Positions 1 through 8,772 of a DNA stretch of 39,785 nucleotides are shown here, one piece after another; position 1 is the stretch's first letter; each line of letters starts with the position of its first letter. Source of the stretch: Intestinibacter sp. (GTDB lineage: Bacteria > Bacillota > Clostridia > Peptostreptococcales > Peptostreptococcaceae); the NCBI RefSeq assembly GCF_051866655.1, contig NZ_JBJDXL010000531.1:1-39785 (forward strand), read 5' to 3'. A program made the position numbers and the translations under genes. The notes beneath the pieces were generated by a model. That model was not told the DNA's origin and did no database searches. It was given only the letters and a program-made list of their open reading frames with translations.

Positions 1-1
1 G

Positions 2-1489
2 ATGAAAAATAAATATTTAAAATTGATATTTTTTGTATTATTTGTAAATATAATATTTTTTATATCTAATGTAGAGGTGCAAGCAGATACAATTTATAAT
101 AATAGTATAAATTTACAAAAGCAAATTGTGACATTGAGGGCAGGTCAGGAAACTAGTATTTGGAGCAGTTCAGGGGACAAAAATAATATAGAAGGAAAAT
201 ACTATTCTAAAAATATGAAAATAGCTGCCGTTGACAAAAATGGAAAAATAAAAGCTAAAATGGTAGGCGTTACTTCGATTGTTTATCAAAATCAAGATAA
301 CAAAGAAATAGAAACAACAATAATCGTATATAGAAAGATGCTAGAGCCTTTGACTGAAATCAAAGAGCCTAGATATACTCTTGATAAAGATGGAATATAC
401 AGAAATTCAAAATCTAGTGAAGAAAATTCAAATAAAGCGAGAATAATGTTAGTAGGCGATTTGATGAATCAAACTAGACAACAAGAGGCTGCTTTGACAG
501 AGGATGGTACTTACAATTTTAATGAGAGCTTTTCATTAGTCAAAGATATTTTCTCGAAGGCAGATTATGTAGTTGGAAATATAGAATCACTACTTTCGAA
601 TTCATCACCGTATATGACGGAGCAAAATTTTGCAGGTAATAGACCTTATTGTAATGGTCCGATTACTTATTTAGATGCACTTAGATATGCTGGATTTGAC
701 ACTTTAGTAAATGGGAATAATCATATGACTGACAGTGGGGAACGAGGCTTAGTAGAGACTAACAATGCACTAGATAAATACAAATTTTCTCATACAGGAT
801 GCTTTACATCTGAAGAAGAGCAGAGATTTGTGATTACTGAAATAAATGGAATAAAGGTCGCTGTGTTATCTTATAGTGAAAAATTTAATAAAAAGGATAC
901 AACATTACCTGAAGAAAAAAGGGAAATGATGATCAATAGATATTCTAAGGAAAAGGTCGAAAAGGACATAAAGGATGCAAGAGATAAGGGTGCAGAATTT
1001 GTAATTGTTTATAATCACTGGGGAAGAGAATTTTGGAATGATTATACAGAGAAACAAGCTCTACACGCTCAAGAGATAGCTGATGCAGGTGCCGATTTAA
1101 TTATAGGCTCACATCCTCATGCATTACAGACAAGTGATACTTTAATTAACAAGGAAGGAAAATCAGTTCCTGTAATGTATTCAATGGGGAATTTTGTATC
1201 ACATCAAACTAGTACAGTTACTAAGGATACATTTATATTAAATGTAGTATTGACAAAAAATGATAGTGGAGAAGTTGAAATATCAGAGATGGGATATATA
1301 CCTTGTCATGTATTAAAAGAATACAATGGGGCTTCTTATGTTGTTACTCCTATTTCTTCAGAATTTAACAAGGGTATAGATATGAATTCTCCTTATTATT
1401 ACGAGTTATCTAATGCGTATAGTAGAATAGCAGCTATAATAAACGATACTATACCGGAGATAACTTCATTTGATAAAATTACAAATTAA
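2..1489 (+). CDS. CapA/PgsA-family (poly-gamma-glutamate synthesis-like) metallophosphatase-fold protein with signal peptide and Ig-like domain
   Basis: Hydrophobic N-terminus ending VQA-D; Big_2-like segment KIAAVDKNGKIKAKMVGVTSI; CapA motifs VGDLM, GNIES, GNNHMTDSG, HWG.E, GADLIIGSHPH, YSMGNF. Upstream context is cut by the window edge. Confidence 0.85.
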   Translation: MKNKYLKLIFFVLFVNIIFFISNVEVQADTIYNNSINLQKQIVTLRAGQETSIWSSSGDKNNIEGKYYSKNMKIAAVDKNGKIKAKMVGVTSIVYQNQDNKEIETTIIVYRKMLEPLTEIKEPRYTLDKDGIYRNSKSSEENSNKARIMLVGDLMNQTRQQEAALTEDGTYNFNESFSLVKDIFSKADYVVGNIESLLSNSSPYMTEQNFAGNRPYCNGPITYLDALRYAGFDTLVNGNNHMTDSGERGLVETNNALDKYKFSHTGCFTSEEEQRFVITEINGIKVAVLSYSEKFNKKDTTLPEEKREMMINRYSKEKVEKDIKDARDKGAEFVIVYNHWGREFWNDYTEKQALHAQEIADAGADLIIGSHPHALQTSDTLINKEGKSVPVMYSMGNFVSHQTSTVTKDTFILNVVLTKNDSGEVEISEMGYIPCHVLKEYNGASYVVTPISSEFNKGIDMNSPYYYELSNAYSRIAAIINDTIPEITSFDKITN

Positions 1490-1519
1490 TATATAAATTT
1501 AAATACAAAAGGGGTATAT

Positions 1520-2323
1520 ATGATGACTGAAAAAAATAAATACAATATAGTAATAGCAGATCCAGCAAAAAATATAACAGTTTTTGTTTTAGATAATATA
1601 GATAAAAAATTGTATAAAAGTGTGGCGAAAAATATTTTAGAAAATACAGATTATGAAGCTGAACAAGTTGGATTTATAAAAGAGCCTATTATGGGTGGAG
1701 ACATAAGACTTGAAATGATGGGTGGAGAGTTTTGTGGAAATGCTTCTAGAAGTATAGGAATGTTTTTTGCACAAGAAAATAATATAAAAAATGGAATTGT
1801 ATCTGTTGAAATAACAGGAAGTAATAAACCTTTAAATACAAAGGTGGATTTACAAAAAGGAACATCTGAAATAGAAATGCCTATTCCTAAAGGGATTGAA
1901 AATATTTATGTAGAGGATTTAGGAGATTTTCCTATTGTAATAATAGAAGGAATTAACCATATAATAGCTGAAAATATCGATGCTACAGAAGCAAATTTTG
2001 AAAAATTTAAAAGAGCTGTATATGAAAATTACGATGTAGAGGCTTTTGGTGTTATGTTCTTTGATGTAGATAAGAAATATATTACTCCAGTAGTATATGT
2101 AAAGGATACAGACACTACCTTCTTTGAAAGCAGCTGTGGAAGTGGTACATTGGCTACAATTTTCTATTTGGGAAAAGATTTAAAGGATGGAGATTTGAAG
2201 TACAGCATCAGTCAACCTGGTGGAACTATAGATGCAGAAATAAATAAACAAAATGGACAAACTAAAAAGATAACTATAGGTGGCGCTGTAAAATTAAGCT
2301 CTAAAATTGAAATTGAGTTGTAG
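1520..2323 (+). CDS. DapF-fold PLP-independent racemase/epimerase, histidine racemase (CntK-like) subfamily
   Basis: Two catalytic Cys motifs GGEFCGNA and ESSCGSGT, plus DP.KNIT and EQVGFI, resemble CntK rather than canonical DapF (MCGNG, ACGTG). RBS AAGGGG upstream. Confidence 0.75.
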   Translation: MMTEKNKYNIVIADPAKNITVFVLDNIDKKLYKSVAKNILENTDYEAEQVGFIKEPIMGGDIRLEMMGGEFCGNASRSIGMFFAQENNIKNGIVSVEITGSNKPLNTKVDLQKGTSEIEMPIPKGIENIYVEDLGDFPIVIIEGINHIIAENIDATEANFEKFKRAVYENYDVEAFGVMFFDVDKKYITPVVYVKDTDTTFFESSCGSGTLATIFYLGKDLKDGDLKYSISQPGGTIDAEINKQNGQTKKITIGGAVKLSSKIEIEL

Positions 2324-2331
2324 AAGTATTG

Positions 2332-2370
2332 AGGTATTATTGTCGCGAAAGAGGCAATAATACCTTTATT
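2332..2370 (+). terminator. Intrinsic terminator after the racemase gene
   Basis: Stem AGGTATTATTGTC / GGCAATAATACCT followed by TTATT. Confidence 0.7.
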
Positions 2371-2435
2371 AATTTAAAAAATTAAGATTTTGTAATTTAA
2401 GAAGTCCAAATATATAATACAATATAAAAATACTG

Positions 2436-2444
2436 TGATATACT
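2436..2444 (+). promoter_or_regulatory. Extended -10 (TGnTATACT) promoter for the pspA operon
   Basis: TG-A-TATACT about 45 nt upstream of the pspA ATG; no clear -35. Confidence 0.5.
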
Positions 2445-2489
2445 TAAATTAAAATTATATGTCTATATATTATTTAAGGAGGAATTACG

Positions 2490-3188
2490 ATGGCTGGAAT
2501 TTTAAGTAGATTCAAAGATATAATGTCTTCAAACATTAATGCATTATTAGATAAGGTAGAAGATCCAATGAAAATGATAGATCAATATCTTAGAAATTTA
2601 GAAAGTGATTTAGGCAAGGTTAAAGCAGAAACAGCAGCAGTTATGGCTGAGGAAACAAGAGCAAAAAGAGAGCTAGATGAATGTACAGAATCTATAAATA
2701 AAATGCAAGCTTATGCAGAAAAAGCATTATTAGCTGGTAATGAAGCTGATGCTAGAGCGTTTTTAGAAAAAAAATCAGAATTAAGTAAAAAATTATCATC
2801 GCTTCAACAGACTTATGATATAGCAAAAGAAAATTCAACTAAGATGAGAGCTATGCATGATAAGATAGTTAAAGATATAGCAGAACTAAATTCAAGAAGA
2901 GATCAGCTAAAGGCTAAAATGGCAGTTGCTGAAACTCAAGAAAAATTAAATAAAATAGGTTCTAGTATAGATGGAGCTATGGGTAATATGTCTAAATTCG
3001 ATGAAATGGAAGCAAAAATAAATAAGAAATTAGACACAGCAAATGCTATGGCGGAATTAAATTCTTCTAAGGATAGCAGTAATATAGATGATTTAATGGC
3101 AAAATACGATACACAAACTGGTGGAGCATCTTCTTCAGAAACAGACGATGAATTAGCTGCATTAAAGGCTAAATTAGGTTTACAATAG
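2490..3188 (+). CDS. pspA: PspA/IM30 family protein
   Basis: N-terminal GILSRFKDIMSSNINALLDKVEDP.KM..QY, long coiled coil, C-terminal DDELAALKAKL; RBS AAGGAGG. Confidence 0.92.
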   Translation: MAGILSRFKDIMSSNINALLDKVEDPMKMIDQYLRNLESDLGKVKAETAAVMAEETRAKRELDECTESINKMQAYAEKALLAGNEADARAFLEKKSELSKKLSSLQQTYDIAKENSTKMRAMHDKIVKDIAELNSRRDQLKAKMAVAETQEKLNKIGSSIDGAMGNMSKFDEMEAKINKKLDTANAMAELNSSKDSSNIDDLMAKYDTQTGGASSSETDDELAALKAKLGLQ

Positions 3189-3236
3189 GTATTTTGGAGT
3201 TAGATTAAAGGCATTTAATACTAGAAGGGGAGATTT

Positions 3237-4295
3237 ATGGAGAGTGTAAAAACATACTATTGCACAAATTGTGGGGCAGTGATGAAATTTGATGTTTCGT
3301 CACAAAATTTAAAATGTCCAAATTGTGGCAATGAGATTGAAATAAAAAATGATGAAAGTAAGGTTGTAGAACACCAACTTACAAAAAAAGCGATAAATTC
3401 TATAAAAGCAGAAGAAAAAACATCTACTAGTATGGAATGTGAAGGCTGCGGTGCTCTTGTGGAGGTAGATGCTACAAGTACTGCTACAGTATGTCCATAT
3501 TGTGGCTCAAATTATGTATTGGCTAAAAAGCAAATGGATGCATTAGTTCCAGATGGAGTAGTACCATTTAGAATTGACAAGGTAAAAATCGGAGAAATCT
3601 ATCATGATTGGATAAAAAGTAGATGGCTTGCTCCAAATACACTGAAGAGCTTATATCAGACTGATAAGATTCAAGGTATATATATGCCATTTTGGACATT
3701 TGATGCAGATGTAGATGCTTCATATCAAGCCATGGGTGGAGAGGATTACGAAGTCACTTATGAGGATTCAGATGGAAAAACTCATACAGAAATAAAAACT
3801 AGATGGCATCCTACATCAGGACATGTACATAATTTCTTTGACGATGTATTAATAAAAGCATCAGATAAATTAAAATCAAATTTATTAAATTCTATGGTTT
3901 ATAATACTCAAAATATATCTTCTTTTTCTCCTGATTACATGTCTGGTTATTGCTCTGAGATATATACTGTAGATTTAGCAGATGCTCATAGAGAAGCAAT
4001 AAATAAAATGGAAAATGAAATGAGAAGCTTATGTGAAAGCGATGTGCTTAGAAGATACGATAGAGTAAGAGGTTTATCTATGAATTCATCTTATCAAAAT
4101 GAAACTTATAAGCATGTATTACTACCTGTTTATTCGACAGCTTATTATTATAAGGACAAGGAATACCATGTTCTAATAAATGGTCAATCAGGTGTAATAG
4201 TAGGTGAGTATCCTAAGAGTGCATTTAAATTAGCTGCTATAGTTGTAGCAATACTTGTTATAATGGCTTTGATTTGGTATTTCATGAATTCATAG
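3237..4295 (+). CDS. YdjG-like double zinc-ribbon membrane-anchored protein
   Basis: Four CxxC pairs (CTNC, CPNC, CEGC, CPYC), YMPFWTF, LLPVY, INGQSG and a C-terminal TM helix; lies between pspA and an SPFH gene as in B. subtilis pspA-ydjGHI. Confidence 0.8.
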   Translation: MESVKTYYCTNCGAVMKFDVSSQNLKCPNCGNEIEIKNDESKVVEHQLTKKAINSIKAEEKTSTSMECEGCGALVEVDATSTATVCPYCGSNYVLAKKQMDALVPDGVVPFRIDKVKIGEIYHDWIKSRWLAPNTLKSLYQTDKIQGIYMPFWTFDADVDASYQAMGGEDYEVTYEDSDGKTHTEIKTRWHPTSGHVHNFFDDVLIKASDKLKSNLLNSMVYNTQNISSFSPDYMSGYCSEIYTVDLADAHREAINKMENEMRSLCESDVLRRYDRVRGLSMNSSYQNETYKHVLLPVYSTAYYYKDKEYHVLINGQSGVIVGEYPKSAFKLAAIVVAILVIMALIWYFMNS

Positions 4296-4312
4296 AAAAT
4301 AGGAGGCATAAT

Positions 4313-5323
4313 ATGGGACTTTTTAGTGGACAACTGGCAAATGTAGTAGAATGGGAACAGTTTAGAGACGACATGATCTTTTGGAAATGGGATAATAAAG
4401 AAATTAAAAAAGGAAGTAAATTAATTATTAGACCAGGACAAGATGCGATATTTATGTTTAATGGAAAAGTAGAAGGTGTATTTAAGGATGAAGGAAGCTT
4501 CGATATAGAATCTCAAATAGTACCTTTCTTATCGACATTAAAAGGATTTAAATTTGGATTTAACAGCGGTATGAGAGCTGAGGTTTTATTTGTCAATACT
4601 AAGGAATTGACAGTAAAATGGGGAACAAAAAACGCTATAAATATACCGGCGCCAAATCTTCCAGGAGGAATGCCTATAAAATCATTTGGAACATTTTGCT
4701 GTAAGGTAGCTGACTATCAACTACTTATAGACAAGGTAGCAGGCGTTAAAAAGCAATACACAATAGATGATGTGAAAGAACGTATAATGTCTATGCTAGA
4801 CCAAACTCTTATGAGATGGATAGTAAAGGAAGGTAAGGATATATTTAATATTCAAGCGAATTCTTTAGAAATTTCTAACGGCATTAAAAATGATTTAGAT
4901 ATGGAAATGCAAAAGATAGGAATAGGTATTACTAGCTTTGCAATAGCGAGCGTTAGCTATCCAAAGGAAATACAAGAAATGGCTACAAAGGCAGCATCAC
5001 AAAGCATGATAAACGATATGAATAAGTATACTCAAATGGCTATGGCAGATTCTATGGCAAATGTTTCAAATGGCGGTGGAACAAGTATGGCTGCTGATAT
5101 GGCTAGCATGCAAATGGGTATGATGATGGGTCAACAGATGGCAAATCAAATGATGGGTGCAGGACAGCAAATGAATCAACAACCTCAACAGCCTGTGCAA
5201 CATCAGCAACCTGTCAATCCACAAGGTGGCACAAATGTGGCTAAATTCTGTCCAAACTGTGGTACACCAAATAATACAGGCGCTAACTTCTGCCCAAATT
5301 GTGGTACTAAGTTAGTATTATAA
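4313..5323 (+). CDS. YdjI-like SPFH/band-7 domain protein with C-terminal double zinc ribbon
   Basis: Start moved to ATG 4313 (AGGAGG at 4301-4306); motifs GSKLIIRPGQDA and KWGT; terminal FCPNCG x2. Confidence 0.85.
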   Translation: MGLFSGQLANVVEWEQFRDDMIFWKWDNKEIKKGSKLIIRPGQDAIFMFNGKVEGVFKDEGSFDIESQIVPFLSTLKGFKFGFNSGMRAEVLFVNTKELTVKWGTKNAINIPAPNLPGGMPIKSFGTFCCKVADYQLLIDKVAGVKKQYTIDDVKERIMSMLDQTLMRWIVKEGKDIFNIQANSLEISNGIKNDLDMEMQKIGIGITSFAIASVSYPKEIQEMATKAASQSMINDMNKYTQMAMADSMANVSNGGGTSMAADMASMQMGMMMGQQMANQMMGAGQQMNQQPQQPVQHQQPVNPQGGTNVAKFCPNCGTPNNTGANFCPNCGTKLVL

Positions 5324-5344
5324 TATAGATTTTTAGATTGTTTA

Positions 5345-5386
5345 AAAAGGGGCTATCTCAAAATGAGCTTTGAGATAGCCTAATTT
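5345..5386. terminator. Bidirectional terminator hairpin between convergent genes
   Basis: Perfect 12-bp inverted repeat GGCTATCTCAAA (5351-5362) / TTTGAGATAGCC (5369-5380). Confidence 0.75.
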
Positions 5387-5392
5387 AATGGA

Positions 5393-5971
5393 TTAAATTT
5401 CTACAATTAAGTCATCTAAGACTATCTTAGGTACATGGTGGGTATTATCTTCATCCTTCCAGTATTTTATATCGTCGTCCTCTTTTATGTCTTCAATTAC
5501 AACCTTTTGATTTGGCTTACCTAAAGCTAGTATCAATTCTATATTGTAGTTCTGAGGTAGGTTTAAATCTTCAGATATATTTTTCCTATTAAATGCACCT
5601 ATCATACAACCTCCGAGGTCTTCTTCTGTAGATTTTAGTAAAATGCTTTGACAAGCAAGTCCTAAGTCGATGTCAAAAGTAGGAGATTTTTTTATTTTTT
5701 CATCAGATAAAAATAATATAAAAGCAGTAGGACGTTGGCCTTCTACAGGACCATCCCAATCCTTTAAATATCCTGCCCATTTGATATTTTCGTAAATTAT
5801 ATTTAATTGAGAAGATTTTATTATAGGCAAAAACCTTATAGTTTGCATATTTCTACCAGATGAAGTAAACCTTGCTACATTCAATATTTCTTTGAGCATA
5901 TCGATAGAGATTTTATAGCTTTCATCAAATATACGGTAGCTTCTGTTGGTTTTTATTAGGTTTTCGATCAT
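5393..5971 (-). CDS. Nitroreductase family protein
   Basis: RSYRIF, SGRNMQ, DLGLACQSILL, LGGCMIG and LALGKP flavin-binding motifs; RBS AAGGAGG. Confidence 0.9.
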   Translation of the reverse strand: MIENLIKTNRSYRIFDESYKISIDMLKEILNVARFTSSGRNMQTIRFLPIIKSSQLNIIYENIKWAGYLKDWDGPVEGQRPTAFILFLSDEKIKKSPTFDIDLGLACQSILLKSTEEDLGGCMIGAFNRKNISEDLNLPQNYNIELILALGKPNQKVVIEDIKEDDDIKYWKDEDNTHHVPKIVLDDLIVEI

Positions 5972-6025
5972 TTTCTTATCCTCCTTAACCTTAAATAGAA
6001 ATATTTAATATATTATATATATGGA

Positions 6026-6060
6026 TAAAAAAATCCTCTAAGTCAATATAGAGGATTTTT
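6026..6060 (-). terminator. Intrinsic terminator of ilvBN
   Basis: Inverted repeat AAAAATCCTCTA / TAGAGGATTTTT with a U-tract on the minus strand. Confidence 0.75.
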
Positions 6061-6083
6061 ATACTTAAAAATTATCGATAAAT

Positions 6084-6587
6084 TTATCTATCTGTCACAT
6101 TAATAGATTCTATTGCAACACTACCACTTCTAACAACGACAATATTATTAGGGTATTGTTTTGCGAATACTTCTATCAATCTATCAACTCTCTTTTCAGT
6201 GTGTACACATTGTAAAAGTACGCTTTTTTTGCCTATATCGATAATATCCATGTCAAATACTTTAGCCATTTGGAAAATATCGTTTTTATCTTGTGTAGAG
6301 CAATTTTTTACTTTTATAAATAAAAGTTCTTTAGTATGAGTTTCCATAGTAGTTAAATCGATAACCTTTATAACTTCTACGAATCTATTTAATTGTTTTT
6401 TTATTTGTTCAAAAGTCACATCATCACAGTAAACACCAATAGTCATTCTTGATGTTTCGGGATCTTCTGTTTTTCCTACTGTTAATGTGTCTAGATTATA
6501 TAATTTAGCTGAGAATAAACTTGAAATTTTAGCAAGTACCCCAGAATAATTTTCTACATAAAGCGCAATCCATCTTTTCTTCATCAT
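6084..6587 (-). CDS. ilvN: Acetolactate synthase small (regulatory) subunit
   Basis: ACT domain VENYSGVLAKISSLF...SRMTI, EQIKKQLNR, VVRSG; directly downstream of the large subunit. Confidence 0.92.
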   Translation of the reverse strand: MMKKRWIALYVENYSGVLAKISSLFSAKLYNLDTLTVGKTEDPETSRMTIGVYCDDVTFEQIKKQLNRFVEVIKVIDLTTMETHTKELLFIKVKNCSTQDKNDIFQMAKVFDMDIIDIGKKSVLLQCVHTEKRVDRLIEVFAKQYPNNIVVVRSGSVAIESINVTDR

Positions 6588-6604
6588 TTTATCTATATTC
6601 CTTT

Positions 6605-8353
6605 CTAATAGTTAGTTTCAAGTAACATTGCGTTAAGAGGTTTACCACCTTGAACCATTGGTAAAACAACGTCTTTGAAGTCGATTAATATTTCAATAAT
6701 AGTTGGTGCATCTGTGTTTTTCTTAGCTTCTTCAAATGCATCAAATAGTTTATCTTCGTCTGTAACTCTTATTCCATAAGCTCCATAGCTTTCTGCAAGC
6801 TTCATAAAATCTGGAGTATATGGAGGACAGCAATCTGGTATATTATTTCCATTAAAATTACATTTTCCTTCACAGCTTTTTCTTTTTCTCAAGCATGTTC
6901 CAGAATAATTTTTATCATGGAAAAATTGTTGCATTTGTCTAACCATTCCTAAGAAACCATTATTGATAATAACTAACGTTATAGGAAGTTCTAGTTGAAC
7001 TGCAGTTGCAAGCTCTTGTATAGTCATTTGTACACCACCATCACCAGCTATACAAACAACTCTCTTGTCTGGGTTACCAAGTTGAGCACCTATTGCTGCT
7101 GGTAAACCAAATCCCATAGTACCTAATCCACCAGAAGTTATCAATTGTTTGTTTTTATTCATTTCCAAAAATTGAGTAGTCCACATTTGATGTTGACCTA
7201 CGTCTGTTAAAAATATACCTTCATCAAAAGCTTTATTTAAATTATCAAATATAGCTTGAGGTGAAATTCCACCTTCTACAGAGCTAGGTGCAGTTACTGG
7301 GCGTTCTTTATCCCAAGCTTTTATTTGGTTAACCCATTCTGTTGTATCAAGTTTTTTAGCTAAAGGAATTAATTCTTTTATAGCAGCTTTAGCATCCGCA
7401 ACTATAGGTATATTTACCACTATATTTCTAGATATAGAAGCAGAATCTATATCTATATGTATTATTTTAGCATTTGGTGCAAATTCAGATATTTTACCAG
7501 TAACTCTATCGTTAAATCTTGTTCCTATTGAAAATAATACGTCACATTCATTAACTGCTTTATTAGATGCATAGCTACCATGCATACCTACATTACCTAT
7601 GAAAAGAGGATGAGAAGTAGGGATAGCGCCTTTTCCCATTATAGTAGTTATAACAGGAATTTGTGTTATATCTACAAGCTTTTCGAATTCTTCATTTGCA
7701 TGTGAAATATTAACTCCTCCGCCTATTAAGAATAGAGGTTTTTTAGCAGCTTTAAGCATCTTCAAAGCTTTTTTAATTTGTCCTATGTGAACACCAGTGC
7801 TTGGTTTGTATCCTCTGATATCTACTGTTTTTGGGTATTCAGCAGATCCCATAGCGCCTACGATATCGCTTGGCAAATCTATTACAACAGGACCAGGTTT
7901 TCCTGTTCTTGCAATATAAAATGCTTCTTTAATTATTCTACCTAAATCTTCTCTTTTTCTAATAGTCATAGAGAATTTAGCTATGGTTCTAGTTATACCT
8001 ACTATATCGACTTCTTGGAAGGCATCGTTGCCTATTACTGCAGTCGAAACTTGTCCAGTAAAGCATACTAGAGGTATACCGTCGTAGTTTGCATCAGCTA
8101 TACCTGTAACTAGATTAGTTGCCCCTGGTCCACTTGTAACTAAGCAGACACCCACTTTTCCAGTTGAACGGGCATATCCTTCTGCTGCGTGAATAAGACC
8201 TTGTTCATGTCTTGGTAAAATTAATTCTATATCTGGTTCATGATATAGTGCGTCAAAAATATCCTTGTCATATCCACCTGGATAAGCAAATATTTTATCA
8301 ACGCCTTCTTCGATTAAAGAATTGATGATTAATTGAGATCCTGTAATTTCCAT
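6605..8353 (-). CDS. ilvB: Acetolactate synthase large subunit (biosynthetic, FAD-type)
   Basis: YPGG, RHEQG, TSGPGATN, DAFQE, RFNDRVTG, DVGQHQMW, SGGLGTMGFG and the GDGG...NN ThDP motif. Confidence 0.96.
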   Translation of the reverse strand: MEITGSQLIINSLIEEGVDKIFAYPGGYDKDIFDALYHEPDIELILPRHEQGLIHAAEGYARSTGKVGVCLVTSGPGATNLVTGIADANYDGIPLVCFTGQVSTAVIGNDAFQEVDIVGITRTIAKFSMTIRKREDLGRIIKEAFYIARTGKPGPVVIDLPSDIVGAMGSAEYPKTVDIRGYKPSTGVHIGQIKKALKMLKAAKKPLFLIGGGVNISHANEEFEKLVDITQIPVITTIMGKGAIPTSHPLFIGNVGMHGSYASNKAVNECDVLFSIGTRFNDRVTGKISEFAPNAKIIHIDIDSASISRNIVVNIPIVADAKAAIKELIPLAKKLDTTEWVNQIKAWDKERPVTAPSSVEGGISPQAIFDNLNKAFDEGIFLTDVGQHQMWTTQFLEMNKNKQLITSGGLGTMGFGLPAAIGAQLGNPDKRVVCIAGDGGVQMTIQELATAVQLELPITLVIINNGFLGMVRQMQQFFHDKNYSGTCLRKRKSCEGKCNFNGNNIPDCCPPYTPDFMKLAESYGAYGIRVTDEDKLFDAFEEAKKNTDAPTIIEILIDFKDVVLPMVQGGKPLNAMLLETNY

Positions 8354-8401
8354 ATTGTCCTCCCTATTATTTAAAAAATGTATTAATTAAAAAAAATATA
8401 A

Positions 8402-8670
8402 TAAAAAACCCCAAGCCAATATATATAGCTTAGGGCGAATTATCTAATCCGTGTTACCACCTAAATTCAAAGAAAAAATTCTTTGCACTCAGTCGATACT
8501 TAATAAAAATATCGTTTTCGTTTTAACGGTCGAAAATCCGATGGAGCCTACTTAAAAAAATTGTTCAGTCCATAGCTCAGAGGCTACTTCAATTTTAGAC
8601 TCATGAAAATTTCCACCAACCATTTTCTCTCTGTATTTTATCTAAAACATACTGCTCCTCGTCAAAGCCT
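8402..8670 (-). promoter_or_regulatory. T-box riboswitch, probable Val (GUA) specifier, with terminator
   Basis: Minus strand: stem I with GA motif, AGUA, AG-box CAGAGAG, GGUG, GAA-GUA-G specifier (8585-8587), CCGUUA, T-box AGGUGGUAACACG (8450-8462), terminator CCCUAAGCU/GGCUUGGGG plus U6. Confidence 0.93.
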
Positions 8671-8693
8671 TTAATTTTATATAAGGTATAATA

Positions 8694-8723
8694 ATTCTAA
8701 CACTTATTTCCATGATATGTCAA
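8694..8723 (-). promoter_or_regulatory. SigA promoter for T-box-ilvBN
   Basis: TTGACA (8723-8718), 18-bp spacer, TGn-TAGAAT (8699-8694), just upstream of T-box stem I. Confidence 0.8.
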
Positions 8724-8772
8724 TTATATAAATTGAGAAAGTTTATGTATTCAAAAGACAAATAAAAACCAA

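Noticed and set aside
3237-4295. Primosomal protein/helicase label often given to this family
   Set aside because: No Walker or helicase motifs; zinc ribbons, a TM anchor and pspA context indicate YdjG.
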